Below, piece after piece: positions 9,406 through 18,325 of a stretch of DNA of 64,000 nucleotides. The notes beneath the pieces were generated by a model. That model was given only the letters and a program-made list of their open reading frames with translations, did not search any database and was not told the origin of the DNA. Origin of the DNA: a virus; the IMG/VR virus record IMGVR_UViG_3300025133_006719, positions 15,300-79,299 of that record, one strand, 5' to 3'. How positions within the stretch are numbered: position 1 is the stretch's first letter; each line of letters starts with the position of its first letter. A program made the position numbers and the translations under genes.

Positions 9406-10462
9406 AGAAAAAATAGCACAACTACTTAATGATAAAAGGTTTAAGGGCCATCACTACAACACCAGCGCCCCCATTGATTGGTGTAGCAGTACCGGGAGCA
9501 TCGCACTAGACATCTTTATGGACGGCGGGCTTACCCCGGGTATATTCAGGGCGTCAGGCGAACCGGAGAGCGGAAAGACCAGCTTCGCTTTAAACTGTGC
9601 AAAAATATTTCAAGAGACAGTAAAGAATTCATTTGTCTTTTATGTTAACGCCGAAGGCAGACTTAATAAGATTCTTCTTGAAAGGAGCGGGATATCCCTC
9701 AAGGAAGACAAGTGGTTTTGTTTAGATAGCAATATGCTTGAGCCAAGCTTAGGCATGATAAAGGAGTTAGTACTAGACAACAAAAATAATTATCAATATT
9801 TATTTATCTTAGATTCTACAGATGCTCTTTGTAGGGTGGAGGATTTAAACAAAGACTTCTCTCAAGGCCAAAAAGTCGCAGGTTCAGCGGTTACTTTTTC
9901 GTTTGCGGGTAAATCTCTTAGCTTACCTATTACAAGATACGGTCACGCTATGATAGTTTTATCTCAAACCAGAACGAAGATGAACACTACCGGCTATGGC
10001 GCAACTGGCGGATCAACTGTTTCCGGAGGCAAAGCTTTGGGGTTTTATAGTTCAGTTATGGCAGAAATACAGCCCCTATGGACAGACCTTTATATTTGGG
10101 AAAACCCATCAGCAGCTTCAATTAAAGACAAAGGGAAACGTCTCGGCCACTATTGCGTTATGAAGTTCTCGAAGACTCGTAACGAAAAAACCGGGCAGAC
10201 GGTGGCTATTCCAGTTAAGTACTCCCAACAAGGAGGGGCCATATGGAGGGAAGTCGAAATTTATATGCTTTTACTACAGTTTGAGTTCCTTAAAAAGTCG
10301 GGGGCATGGTATGTTTTTTCAGACGATTTAGTGGAAGAGGTAGAGTCTCAAAAGATTGAGATTAAACAAAAGTTCCAAGGAGAAAGAAATCTTTGGGCCT
10401 ATTTGGCGGGGAATGATAAGCTTTTAGATTTCCTGTCAAACAAGTTTAAAGAACTCATTTGA
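9398..10462 (+). CDS. recA: RecA/UvsX-like recombinase
   Basis: STGS..LD, GEPESGKT Walker A, ILDS Walker B, SQ.R, GG.AL.FYSS, KSGAWY. Confidence 0.9.
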   Translation: MSKEKIAQLLNDKRFKGHHYNTSAPIDWCSSTGSIALDIFMDGGLTPGIFRASGEPESGKTSFALNCAKIFQETVKNSFVFYVNAEGRLNKILLERSGISLKEDKWFCLDSNMLEPSLGMIKELVLDNKNNYQYLFILDSTDALCRVEDLNKDFSQGQKVAGSAVTFSFAGKSLSLPITRYGHAMIVLSQTRTKMNTTGYGATGGSTVSGGKALGFYSSVMAEIQPLWTDLYIWENPSAASIKDKGKRLGHYCVMKFSKTRNEKTGQTVAIPVKYSQQGGAIWREVEIYMLLLQFEFLKKSGAWYVFSDDLVEEVESQKIEIKQKFQGERNLWAYLAGNDKLLDFLSNKFKELI

Positions 10463-10872
10463 AACTCTACAACACAAGCGGCAGACTTGTAAACAGAAAT
10501 GTTTCAAAATGTTTAATAGACTGGAGCGGCAACTCCAGATCCAAACTTCAATACAAAGTAAAACAGTTCTTAAAAACTTTTTGGGAGCATCATATAGTCT
10601 ACGAAGAGTTCCCAGTCTTTGGAAGTAGAATGAAGGTAGACATAGTTAACATCACTAAATACATAGCGGTAGAAGTAAACGGGCAGCAGCACAGTTCATT
10701 TAATAAGTTTTTCCACAACTCAAGATATGGATATTTCCAGTCTATAAGCAGGGATGTAAAAAAAGAAGATTGGTTAGAAAAGAACGGTTTTGCTTTACTT
10801 ACTATAGAATACAACGAAGTAGACGACTTGTCAGAATCCTTCGTAAAGGAAAAGTTTGATATATCACTCTAA
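10459..10872 (+). CDS. PD-(D/E)XK / DUF559-like endonuclease
   Basis: EEFPV..D....AVEVNG.QH....FFH, RD..K..W...NG. Confidence 0.7.
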   Translation: MKLYNTSGRLVNRNVSKCLIDWSGNSRSKLQYKVKQFLKTFWEHHIVYEEFPVFGSRMKVDIVNITKYIAVEVNGQQHSSFNKFFHNSRYGYFQSISRDVKKEDWLEKNGFALLTIEYNEVDDLSESFVKEKFDISL

Positions 10873-10889
10873 TATGTGTAATATAAACT

Positions 10890-11189
10890 ATGGAAAGCAA
10901 GGGGTTCACAATACCTCCGTCTGCATTAAAGCAGTTAAACGAATTCTCCGATGGAGGTTTCGCTCTTTTCCTTTATGACGAGATGGGGAATCCAAACGTT
11001 CATACCAAATTTGACACGAACAAAGACGCTATGGCCCTTCAGATGTTTATTTCAAATTGGGCAGAAGCTTTAAATAAGATAAGCATAAAATCAACGCTAA
11101 ATTCCCTTTCTGTTGACACAGGAGACGAAGATCCTCTTGACGATTTTGAAATTCCAGAGGATGAGGACGACGAGACGGATTTTATTTGA
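10890..11189 (+). CDS. hypothetical acidic-tailed protein
   Basis: ORF with upstream GTGTA motif. Confidence 0.65.
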   Translation: MESKGFTIPPSALKQLNEFSDGGFALFLYDEMGNPNVHTKFDTNKDAMALQMFISNWAEALNKISIKSTLNSLSVDTGDEDPLDDFEIPEDEDDETDFI

Positions 11190-11214
11190 CACCGAAGCCC
11201 CGTCGAGGTAGGAT
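11186..11214 (+). promoter_or_regulatory. sigma70-type promoter with CCCC spacer
   Basis: TTGACA-17-TAGGAT upstream of helicase. Confidence 0.7.
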
Positions 11215-11237
11215 AACTTCTTGATCTAATTAGATTG

Positions 11238-12740
11238 ATGTCCAATATATATTCTTTACGTATCGAAAAACATGTTTTAGGGGGAATCATTAATCACCCT
11301 TCCGCCTTTCTGGATCTTGATGGATTTGTAACTCATGAAGATTTTTACAGCGAGCTTCATAGCACAATATTTAAAGTTATTAGATCTATAATCCTAGAAG
11401 GAGAGTTTTCAAAAGATAAATTAGACGATGTAATAATTGCTCAAAAGATAGTAAACTTAGGCATAAGGTTTAAAGATGAAATAGATGTATTCAGTTATAT
11501 CAAAAGTATATCTTTCGCTCAGATAAACAAGAAGGGAACCATCAACTCCGCCAAAGAGTTAATAAAGCTAACTGTAAGAAGGAACACAGAACTAACAGGA
11601 AGAAACCTTGTCGAGCACGCCAGAAAAGAAGGAGATAATACTCTAACAGATTTCATAGCTAAGGCTGACAACATATACAGTGATAAGATATACGAATACA
11701 CAGGAGAGGCAGAGCCTTCCAATTTGTTCGACAATATGTCTGAACTCATTGAAGACAGGGGAAACAATCCTGAGAGAGACCCCGGCTACCTAACATCTTA
11801 CGAAGAGTTTAACAGGCTTTATGGAGGGCTTCGTCCCGGAAACATTTACGCAATAGCTTCTAGACCGGGACAAGGTAAGACAACTTGGATAAACGATCTT
11901 CTTATGAAAACCGCTAAGAAGAATAAGGTAAAAGCCTTAATCTTGGATACCGAAATGAGCAAGGAGGAAATGCAATTCAGAATGGCGGCGGCAATTTCTG
12001 GAGTTCCTTCTTGGTTTTTGGAAACAGGTAACTGGCGTAAGAATAAAGAAATGATAACAAAGGTGAGAGAAGCTCTTCAAGAAGTAAGGAGCTACGACTA
12101 CACTCACTTTCATGTCGGCAGTAAAGACATAGATCAAGTTTGCAATATTGTTAAAAGGTGGTACTATAAAACAGTAGGCAGAGGGAACGGCTGTATAATA
12201 GGGTACGACTACGTTAAGCTTACCGGCGAGAAGGTAGACAGAAATTGGGCAGAGCATCAAGCAATAGGTGAAAAGATTGACAAACTAAAAAGACTTTCCG
12301 AAGAATTAAAATGTCCTGTCATAACAGCAATGCAGCTTAACAGGCAAGGCGAGAGCCATAACCGAAATTCAAATACCGTTGTCGACGATAGCTCTGTAAT
12401 CGCCCTGTCAGACAGGCTCCAATGGTTTTCCAGTTACGTCGGCATTTTTAGAAGAAAAACTTTAGACGAAATAGCCCTAGACGGAGAAGAGTTCGGTACT
12501 CATAAGTTAGTGACTATAAAATCCAGATTCCAAGGAAGAGACGCGGCAGGGCATCAAGACCTAGTGAGGAGAGTGGTGGAAGATGGATCTGAAAGATTCA
12601 CGTACAACTACTTAAACTTTTCAGTTGAGAATTTCAATTGCGAAGAGATGGGGTCTCTTGAGACTATAGTGCAAAGACAAAGAGAACAACATACATTAGA
12701 AGACAGACACCCAGAAGATAACGACGACGAACTAATATGA
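11238..12740 (+). CDS. dnaB: replicative DNA helicase DnaB
   Basis: E..VLG N-domain, ASRPGQGKT, DTEM, YDYVKL, QLNR. Confidence 0.93.
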   Translation: MSNIYSLRIEKHVLGGIINHPSAFLDLDGFVTHEDFYSELHSTIFKVIRSIILEGEFSKDKLDDVIIAQKIVNLGIRFKDEIDVFSYIKSISFAQINKKGTINSAKELIKLTVRRNTELTGRNLVEHARKEGDNTLTDFIAKADNIYSDKIYEYTGEAEPSNLFDNMSELIEDRGNNPERDPGYLTSYEEFNRLYGGLRPGNIYAIASRPGQGKTTWINDLLMKTAKKNKVKALILDTEMSKEEMQFRMAAAISGVPSWFLETGNWRKNKEMITKVREALQEVRSYDYTHFHVGSKDIDQVCNIVKRWYYKTVGRGNGCIIGYDYVKLTGEKVDRNWAEHQAIGEKIDKLKRLSEELKCPVITAMQLNRQGESHNRNSNTVVDDSSVIALSDRLQWFSSYVGIFRRKTLDEIALDGEEFGTHKLVTIKSRFQGRDAAGHQDLVRRVVEDGSERFTYNYLNFSVENFNCEEMGSLETIVQRQREQHTLEDRHPEDNDDELI

Positions 12741-13165
12741 AAACCGAAACTAAAGAATCAACAGACAAAACATGGTTTATTGATATAGACGGAACTATCG
12801 TTAAACATAATTCCAACGATAAAATAGATGAAGCTATTGAAGCAAAAGGTCATGATAGCCACCTAATAGAAACACCCATAACACCTAGTATTGAGTTTCT
12901 TAACTCTATACCAGATAACGATACCATAGTTTTAACTACGGCAAGAGATAGCAAACACGCACCACATACTATAAAAATGCTTAAGCATTACGACATAAGG
13001 TATGATAGAATTATGTTTGACTTAATGGCTGGGCCAAGGGTTCTTGTGAACGATATTAAACCTGTCGGGACTGCCGGTAATAAGGTGCCAATGAAAACAG
13101 CTTTCGCAATTAACACGAACAGAGACGAAGGTATACTAAATGACTATAAAGGAAGTATTATCTGA
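12737..13165 (+). CDS. HAD-superfamily phosphatase
   Basis: FIDIDGT, TTAR, ND motifs. Confidence 0.8.
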   Translation: MKTETKESTDKTWFIDIDGTIVKHNSNDKIDEAIEAKGHDSHLIETPITPSIEFLNSIPDNDTIVLTTARDSKHAPHTIKMLKHYDIRYDRIMFDLMAGPRVLVNDIKPVGTAGNKVPMKTAFAINTNRDEGILNDYKGSII

Positions 13166-14030
13166 GCTAGGATACTCCCAAATCCTAGATAACGGTAGAG
13201 AGTACAGGATGAGGCCTCTTTACAGAGAGTCTAGCAATAATAGCTCATTAAGCGTTAAGAAAGATACTGGATACTTCAATGATTGGGGCGTTGGCGAAAA
13301 AGGTTCATTCCAAAGGTTGGTTCAAATTCATTTGAAGGTTACCACGATTGAAGCGTCAAACTGGATAAGGAACAAGGGGTTAAACCAGACCCGCACCAAC
13401 GAGGACGACAAACCTAAAGTAAAGGAGGCTAGAAAATTCAACAAGGAATCATTAAAACATATAACCCCAGACCATACCTATTGGGTAAACAGGGGGGTAG
13501 CGGAAGAAACTTTATCTTTGTTCCAAGGGGGCATAGTTGACGCAGGCCAACTCAAAAACAGGTACGTGTTCCCAATTTTCAACAAGCAAAAAGAAGTGAT
13601 AGGCTACACGGGTAGAGATATAACCGATAGCAGTAAAATAAAATGGAAACATATGGGAGACAAAAGCCAATGGAAGTACCCACTACAAGTAAATTATAAG
13701 GATATAAAATCCTGCAATAAGGTAATCCTACTGGAAAGTATCGGAGACATGCTTTCACTTTGGTCCGCTGGAATAAAAAACAGTATGGTTATATTTGGGG
13801 TAGACATAAGTAGCGAAGTTTTTAATCAGCTATTAAGCTTTGACCCAGATAAAATTACAATATCTCTAAATAATGACGAGAGGCAGACCGGAAGCATAGC
13901 GGCACACAAACTAAAAAAGAAACTATTAAAATTTTTTGACCCAAGTCAAGTCGAAGTCATGCTACCTAGACACCATAACGATTTTGGGGATATGTCTACG
14001 GAGGAAGTGAAGGATTTTTTTTATGAGTAA
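13140..14030 (+). CDS. DNA primase (DnaG-type Toprim)
   Basis: RYVFPI, GY.GR, KWKH, LESIGD, NND, DFGDM; N-terminal Zn-ribbon Cys absent. Confidence 0.85.
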   Translation: MTIKEVLSELGYSQILDNGREYRMRPLYRESSNNSSLSVKKDTGYFNDWGVGEKGSFQRLVQIHLKVTTIEASNWIRNKGLNQTRTNEDDKPKVKEARKFNKESLKHITPDHTYWVNRGVAEETLSLFQGGIVDAGQLKNRYVFPIFNKQKEVIGYTGRDITDSSKIKWKHMGDKSQWKYPLQVNYKDIKSCNKVILLESIGDMLSLWSAGIKNSMVIFGVDISSEVFNQLLSFDPDKITISLNNDERQTGSIAAHKLKKKLLKFFDPSQVEVMLPRHHNDFGDMSTEEVKDFFYE

Positions 14031-14625
14031 CTATGATAGAATATTCGGAATGGAGGAGCAAGAGAAAGACAAAGATCTTTTGAGCTATTACTGGTACGAA
14101 GGCATTCTTACCCCAGCTAAGTGCGAGGAGATGATAAAGATTGGGAAAAGTTACCCCAAACAAACCGCTACAACCTTCGCAAACTCAACTGGAGAGAGTG
14201 AAAGCGAAGTAAGGAATAGCGAAGTAAGATGGGTCCCACTAAACAAAGATACCCAATTCATCTTTGACCTAATAAGGGAATGCTGCGAAGAAGCCAACAA
14301 GAATCTATTCAAAGTTGATATAACCGGCTTTACAGAGGATCTACAATTTACAGAATACGAAGGGGCGGGTAAGCATTACGACTGGCATCCAGACATAGGG
14401 CCGGGAAAGAATAAGAGGAAGCTAACCGTTGTTATTCAATTAAGCGATCCAAAGGATTATACTGGGGGAGATTTAATAGTACAGACAGGCGGCGAAGTTA
14501 CCATGAAGAAAGGCATAGGTAATGTAGTTGTATTCCCTTCATTTTTACTCCACAAGGTTTGCAAAGTTGAGTCCGGCAACAGGTATACTATGATTAGCTG
14601 GGTTAGCGGAAATCCGTGGAGATGA
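14023..14625 (+). CDS. 2OG-Fe(II) oxygenase
   Basis: YDWHPD, RKLTVVIQLSDP.DY.GG, FPSFLLH.V, G.R. Confidence 0.9.
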   Translation: MSNYDRIFGMEEQEKDKDLLSYYWYEGILTPAKCEEMIKIGKSYPKQTATTFANSTGESESEVRNSEVRWVPLNKDTQFIFDLIRECCEEANKNLFKVDITGFTEDLQFTEYEGAGKHYDWHPDIGPGKNKRKLTVVIQLSDPKDYTGGDLIVQTGGEVTMKKGIGNVVVFPSFLLHKVCKVESGNRYTMISWVSGNPWR

Positions 14626-15602
14626 AAAAAGAAAAAATCTTATCAGCGTCAAGGATCAAGACTTTAGAAAGCTGTTCGTGGTCTTACTATTGTAACTACG
14701 AACTAAAGATACCCCAGAGACAGAATGAGGGATCTTTGCGCGGAACTATATGCCATTTAGTATTTGAGTTAATTCTAAAAAAGAAACATAATCGACATAA
14801 AGAATTAATCTCAAAAGCTTCCAGCTTAGACGGAAGCCCCTCCATTAAAAGATTAATAATCAAACATTTAAACCAAGACGCGAAAGAGCACGACCTGCCA
14901 ATGAACTCGGAGGAGAATTACGAGTTAATCAATAAGATGATTGTAGTTGGGCTGAGGTATGACTTTTTTGGAGAAGGGGGAAAGGTCACCGACCCAGAAA
15001 AAGAGTTCTTAGTAGTAAGCGAGAAACCAAAATACAAAATACGAGGCTTCATGGATAAGCCTATAATGTACAAAAAAGATAAGACCATCAAAATTGTAGA
15101 CTATAAAAGCAGTAAGCAGAAATTTAGAGGAGAAGAGCTTACCGCAAACATACAAGCGATGTCTTACTCTTTAGCTTCTTTAAAACTTTGGCCAACACTT
15201 AAACCTACTATTGAGTTTCTATTTCTAAGGTTTCCTAAGTCAGCCGCACAACAATGTGTTTATACAGTGGAGGAACTTGAAGGTTTTGAATACTTTTTAG
15301 AGAGTTGTTATAAACAAATAAATTCATTTTCGGAGAAAGATGCGAGAACCAATTACGCCAAAGACGGAAAGTCCTCTTGGATGTGTAAGGCTGGCAAGAC
15401 TTGGAGATGCCCATACCTAGACGCTTTTGACTATTACGAGCTACAAGATAAGGATTCTAAATTTATCAGATCAGCGAGAAAAAAAGAAAATTTGAAACAA
15501 AAAAAAGGTGAGAAGATAGTAGAGAAGAGGTATGACGGCTGTCCCGCTCACCCCCACCCAAGCAAGCAAATAGACATAATAGACGACTTGTTTGACTTTT
15601 AA
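14622..15602 (+). CDS. PD-(D/E)XK nuclease (Cas4/RecB-like)
   Basis: LSAS.I, GT..H, RGFMD, IVDYKSS, Q..SY, C-terminal Cys cluster. Confidence 0.85.
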   Translation: MKKEKILSASRIKTLESCSWSYYCNYELKIPQRQNEGSLRGTICHLVFELILKKKHNRHKELISKASSLDGSPSIKRLIIKHLNQDAKEHDLPMNSEENYELINKMIVVGLRYDFFGEGGKVTDPEKEFLVVSEKPKYKIRGFMDKPIMYKKDKTIKIVDYKSSKQKFRGEELTANIQAMSYSLASLKLWPTLKPTIEFLFLRFPKSAAQQCVYTVEELEGFEYFLESCYKQINSFSEKDARTNYAKDGKSSWMCKAGKTWRCPYLDAFDYYELQDKDSKFIRSARKKENLKQKKGEKIVEKRYDGCPAHPHPSKQIDIIDDLFDF

Positions 15603-15603
15603 C

Positions 15604-15632
15604 TTGACAAGACATCCCCGGGCAACTATAGT
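15604..15632 (+). promoter_or_regulatory. sigma70-type promoter, leaderless
   Basis: TTGACA-17-TATAGT, ATG 6 nt after the -10. Confidence 0.75.
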
Positions 15633-15638
15633 GGAGTC

Positions 15639-16409
15639 ATGGACATCATTCCATTATTCAAGAGTCACTATTCTTTAGGCAGGAGTATACTGACTTTGGC
15701 GTCTGAGTCTGAGCCGAATGGCCCAGATTCGATCCCTCAAATAGCCCAAGAGAACTCCTTGAAGGAGGTCTATCTGGTTGATGATTCTATGGGCGGGTTT
15801 CTTGAAGCTTACTCAAGCTTAGCCAAATTCAAGATTAAGCTTATATTTGGGGTCAGGATTACCGTCTGCCAAGATCTTCATAAAAAGAACGAGGCGTCCA
15901 TTCAGACTTCCTGCAAGTATATTATCTTTTGCAAAAACAAGAACGGGTACAAAAGGTTAATCAAAATCTATAGCCAAGCTGCCATCGAAGGGTTCTATTA
16001 TGAGTCAAGAACTGACTTTGAATCAATAAAGAATAACTGGAGCGACAAAGACCTTTTACTTGCAGTTCCTTTTTATGATTCCTTTATATTTCAGAATAAT
16101 TTTAGCAGTCGCGGCTGCGTTCCAGATTTTAGCTTTTGTAAGCCCGTGCTCTTTGTAGAAAACAATAACCTACCATATGATCACATACTAAAAGACTTGG
16201 TTGAAGATTATGCTTCTGCATCTAAGTATGAAAAAGTAAACACTCAAAGCGTCTTTTATAAAAACAAAGAAGACTTTAAAGCCTACTTAACTTTTAGATG
16301 CATTAACAACAGAAGCACATTAGAAAAACCGCAGCTAAACAACATGTCCTCGGACACTTTTTGCTTCGAGAACTGGACAAATCAAGGTCAGGAGGCAGTC
16401 AATAAGTGA
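15639..16409 (+). CDS. stand-alone PHP domain of DNA polymerase III alpha
   Basis: SHYSL..SIL, IFGVRI, KN..GYK.LIKI.S.A...GFYY..R.D. Confidence 0.8.
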   Translation: MDIIPLFKSHYSLGRSILTLASESEPNGPDSIPQIAQENSLKEVYLVDDSMGGFLEAYSSLAKFKIKLIFGVRITVCQDLHKKNEASIQTSCKYIIFCKNKNGYKRLIKIYSQAAIEGFYYESRTDFESIKNNWSDKDLLLAVPFYDSFIFQNNFSSRGCVPDFSFCKPVLFVENNNLPYDHILKDLVEDYASASKYEKVNTQSVFYKNKEDFKAYLTFRCINNRSTLEKPQLNNMSSDTFCFENWTNQGQEAVNK

Positions 16410-17476
16410 GTACAGGAACCAATAAAACAAAAAAAAGAAACATAGTTGCAGTAAATAGTTACTGCTCTGACCTAGCTAAGGAGTCCGTAATGGTCGAATG
16501 TATTAGCAGGTTCAAAGAATTCGGGTACGATGTCTTGCATGTATCTGGAGCACCAGTAAGAGATAAGTATCAGAGTCTTTCTGATTATTATTTTCACAAT
16601 GCAAAAGGTAATGTATTGTTATCGAGTGACAAGTCTGCCGTAATATGGTATGCTAATAATAAGATATCAATTCACGCTGACCCCCAAAGGCATGGGTTTG
16701 CTTGTGTTAGTAATTTTTCTATGAGTGCTTACATAGCCGAAGGGCTAGGTTATGATAATATTATTTATACCGATTTTGACAACATTATAAGCCATAAGGA
16801 TCTTCACGCTTTAGATAGCCTTGTGTCCTATCTAGACGTTTACGAAGCGGCCTTCTTTACCCCCGCCGACATGTTTCAACACCGAGATGGAACTCCACAA
16901 GACTGGTTAGAGACTTTGGTAGCCGCAGGCCGCACTTCTTTTTTAAACAAGGCTAAGTTCCCTAAAACCCTAAAAGAATGGCATCAAGACCCCTGCTTCA
17001 CTAGGCCCAATGGGACTTACGTCCCCGCAGAGGAGGGAGTAGCCCTTAAAATAAAAAGCTTTGACGGGAGGGGTTATCCTGTCAAAAAAATAAACAACAC
17101 TAACATTAAACATAGGATAGATAGCTTTTTTCCAAACAGTAGAATGGACTGCTGCTCTAGAAACGAGGCCAGCATCGCCTACAATAAAAAATCCCCACAT
17201 AATCCATACTTCTATATAGTAATTCAAAAAGATTCAGATTACAAGGTACACATCAATAGCAGAAAATCTTCCCCGCCCTATACAGAGAAGAAGACCTCAA
17301 GGTCTTTATCGTGGGTGAGGGCCGGACAATTCTTTTCAACAGAATTGGATCTACGGGAAAAAGAGTGGGATGTTAAAGCCACCAAAAATGGTATATTAAT
17401 TTTCGATAGAACCATCAGCGTTAAGAACATACAAGAATACAAACACGGCCCTACCGTACAGTTACTCAATGAATAA
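16406..17476 (+). CDS. hypothetical protein, possible GT-A fold
   Basis: LGYD.IIY.DFD DxD-like motif. Confidence 0.5.
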   Translation: MSTGTNKTKKRNIVAVNSYCSDLAKESVMVECISRFKEFGYDVLHVSGAPVRDKYQSLSDYYFHNAKGNVLLSSDKSAVIWYANNKISIHADPQRHGFACVSNFSMSAYIAEGLGYDNIIYTDFDNIISHKDLHALDSLVSYLDVYEAAFFTPADMFQHRDGTPQDWLETLVAAGRTSFLNKAKFPKTLKEWHQDPCFTRPNGTYVPAEEGVALKIKSFDGRGYPVKKINNTNIKHRIDSFFPNSRMDCCSRNEASIAYNKKSPHNPYFYIVIQKDSDYKVHINSRKSSPPYTEKKTSRSLSWVRAGQFFSTELDLREKEWDVKATKNGILIFDRTISVKNIQEYKHGPTVQLLNE

Positions 17477-18125
17477 AGATTTACTTAGATTTAATCAAGA
17501 TAAAGTATATACTTTTTGCGACTTCGAGACGTACAATTTATGCCTGAACTTTTGTCAAAACCGCCCTTGGCAAGCTGGCCTAATAAAATACAAAGGAAAC
17601 AAAATTCTCGACTCTCAAGATCTATATATAAAATGGGACACAGACTTAAAGGTCGGAGAGGAAGCGGCTAGAATAACTGGTTACAACGAGAAGAAATTCC
17701 TGTCAAAAGCTATCAGCCCAGAGGAGGCTTTCAAACAAATGTCACCTTGGTTTGATGAATGCGACTATATAGTTGGCCATAATTTTTTAGGATTTGACTT
17801 ATATTTGCTGAAAGGGTATTACGAATTCATGGGAGAGAGCTATAACCACTTAGTAGAAAAGATAATAGATACTAATTGTTTGGCTAGGGGTATCAAGTAT
17901 GACATACCTTTCAGAAATGAAGGAGGAAAACTTAGCAATAGAGAGCTATGTCTTTACCAATACAAAATACTGAACACGAGGAGAAGAAGGGTTAAAAGTA
18001 ACCTAACAGCTCTTGGCAAGGAGTTTGACATAGAACATGATTATGATAAGCTGCATGACGCTATAGTTGACCTACGCTTAAACATAAAAGTCTGGAACAA
18101 GCTAAAAATGCAAATAAACATATAA
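17469..18125 (+). CDS. DEDDh 3'-5' exonuclease (DnaQ/epsilon-like)
   Basis: DFET, GHNFLGFD, IDT, HDAIVD. Confidence 0.9.
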   Translation: MNKDLLRFNQDKVYTFCDFETYNLCLNFCQNRPWQAGLIKYKGNKILDSQDLYIKWDTDLKVGEEAARITGYNEKKFLSKAISPEEAFKQMSPWFDECDYIVGHNFLGFDLYLLKGYYEFMGESYNHLVEKIIDTNCLARGIKYDIPFRNEGGKLSNRELCLYQYKILNTRRRRVKSNLTALGKEFDIEHDYDKLHDAIVDLRLNIKVWNKLKMQINI

Positions 18126-18325
18126 TGCCATCTTTAGATTACTTAGAGGACTTAAAAGATAAACTAGAAAAAGATAACTTAGATTATTTTATGGTAGTTA
18201 TTTCTAGAGGAGAGAAGAAGAATAAAGCTAACGTTTGTTATAAGCTCTCTAAAAAGCATACAATCGATACGCTTAAAAAGGTTCTTCACAGATTAGACAT
18301 AGAAGGAGCGATTGAAAATGACTGA
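18125..18325 (+). CDS. hypothetical protein
   Basis: Coupled ORF. Confidence 0.55.
   Translation: MPSLDYLEDLKDKLEKDNLDYFMVVISRGEKKNKANVCYKLSKKHTIDTLKKVLHRLDIEGAIEND

Noticed and set aside
14622-15602. Cas4 as part of a CRISPR-Cas system
   Set aside because: It lies in the replication module with no cas1/cas2 or array; solo PD-(D/E)XK nucleases are common in phages.
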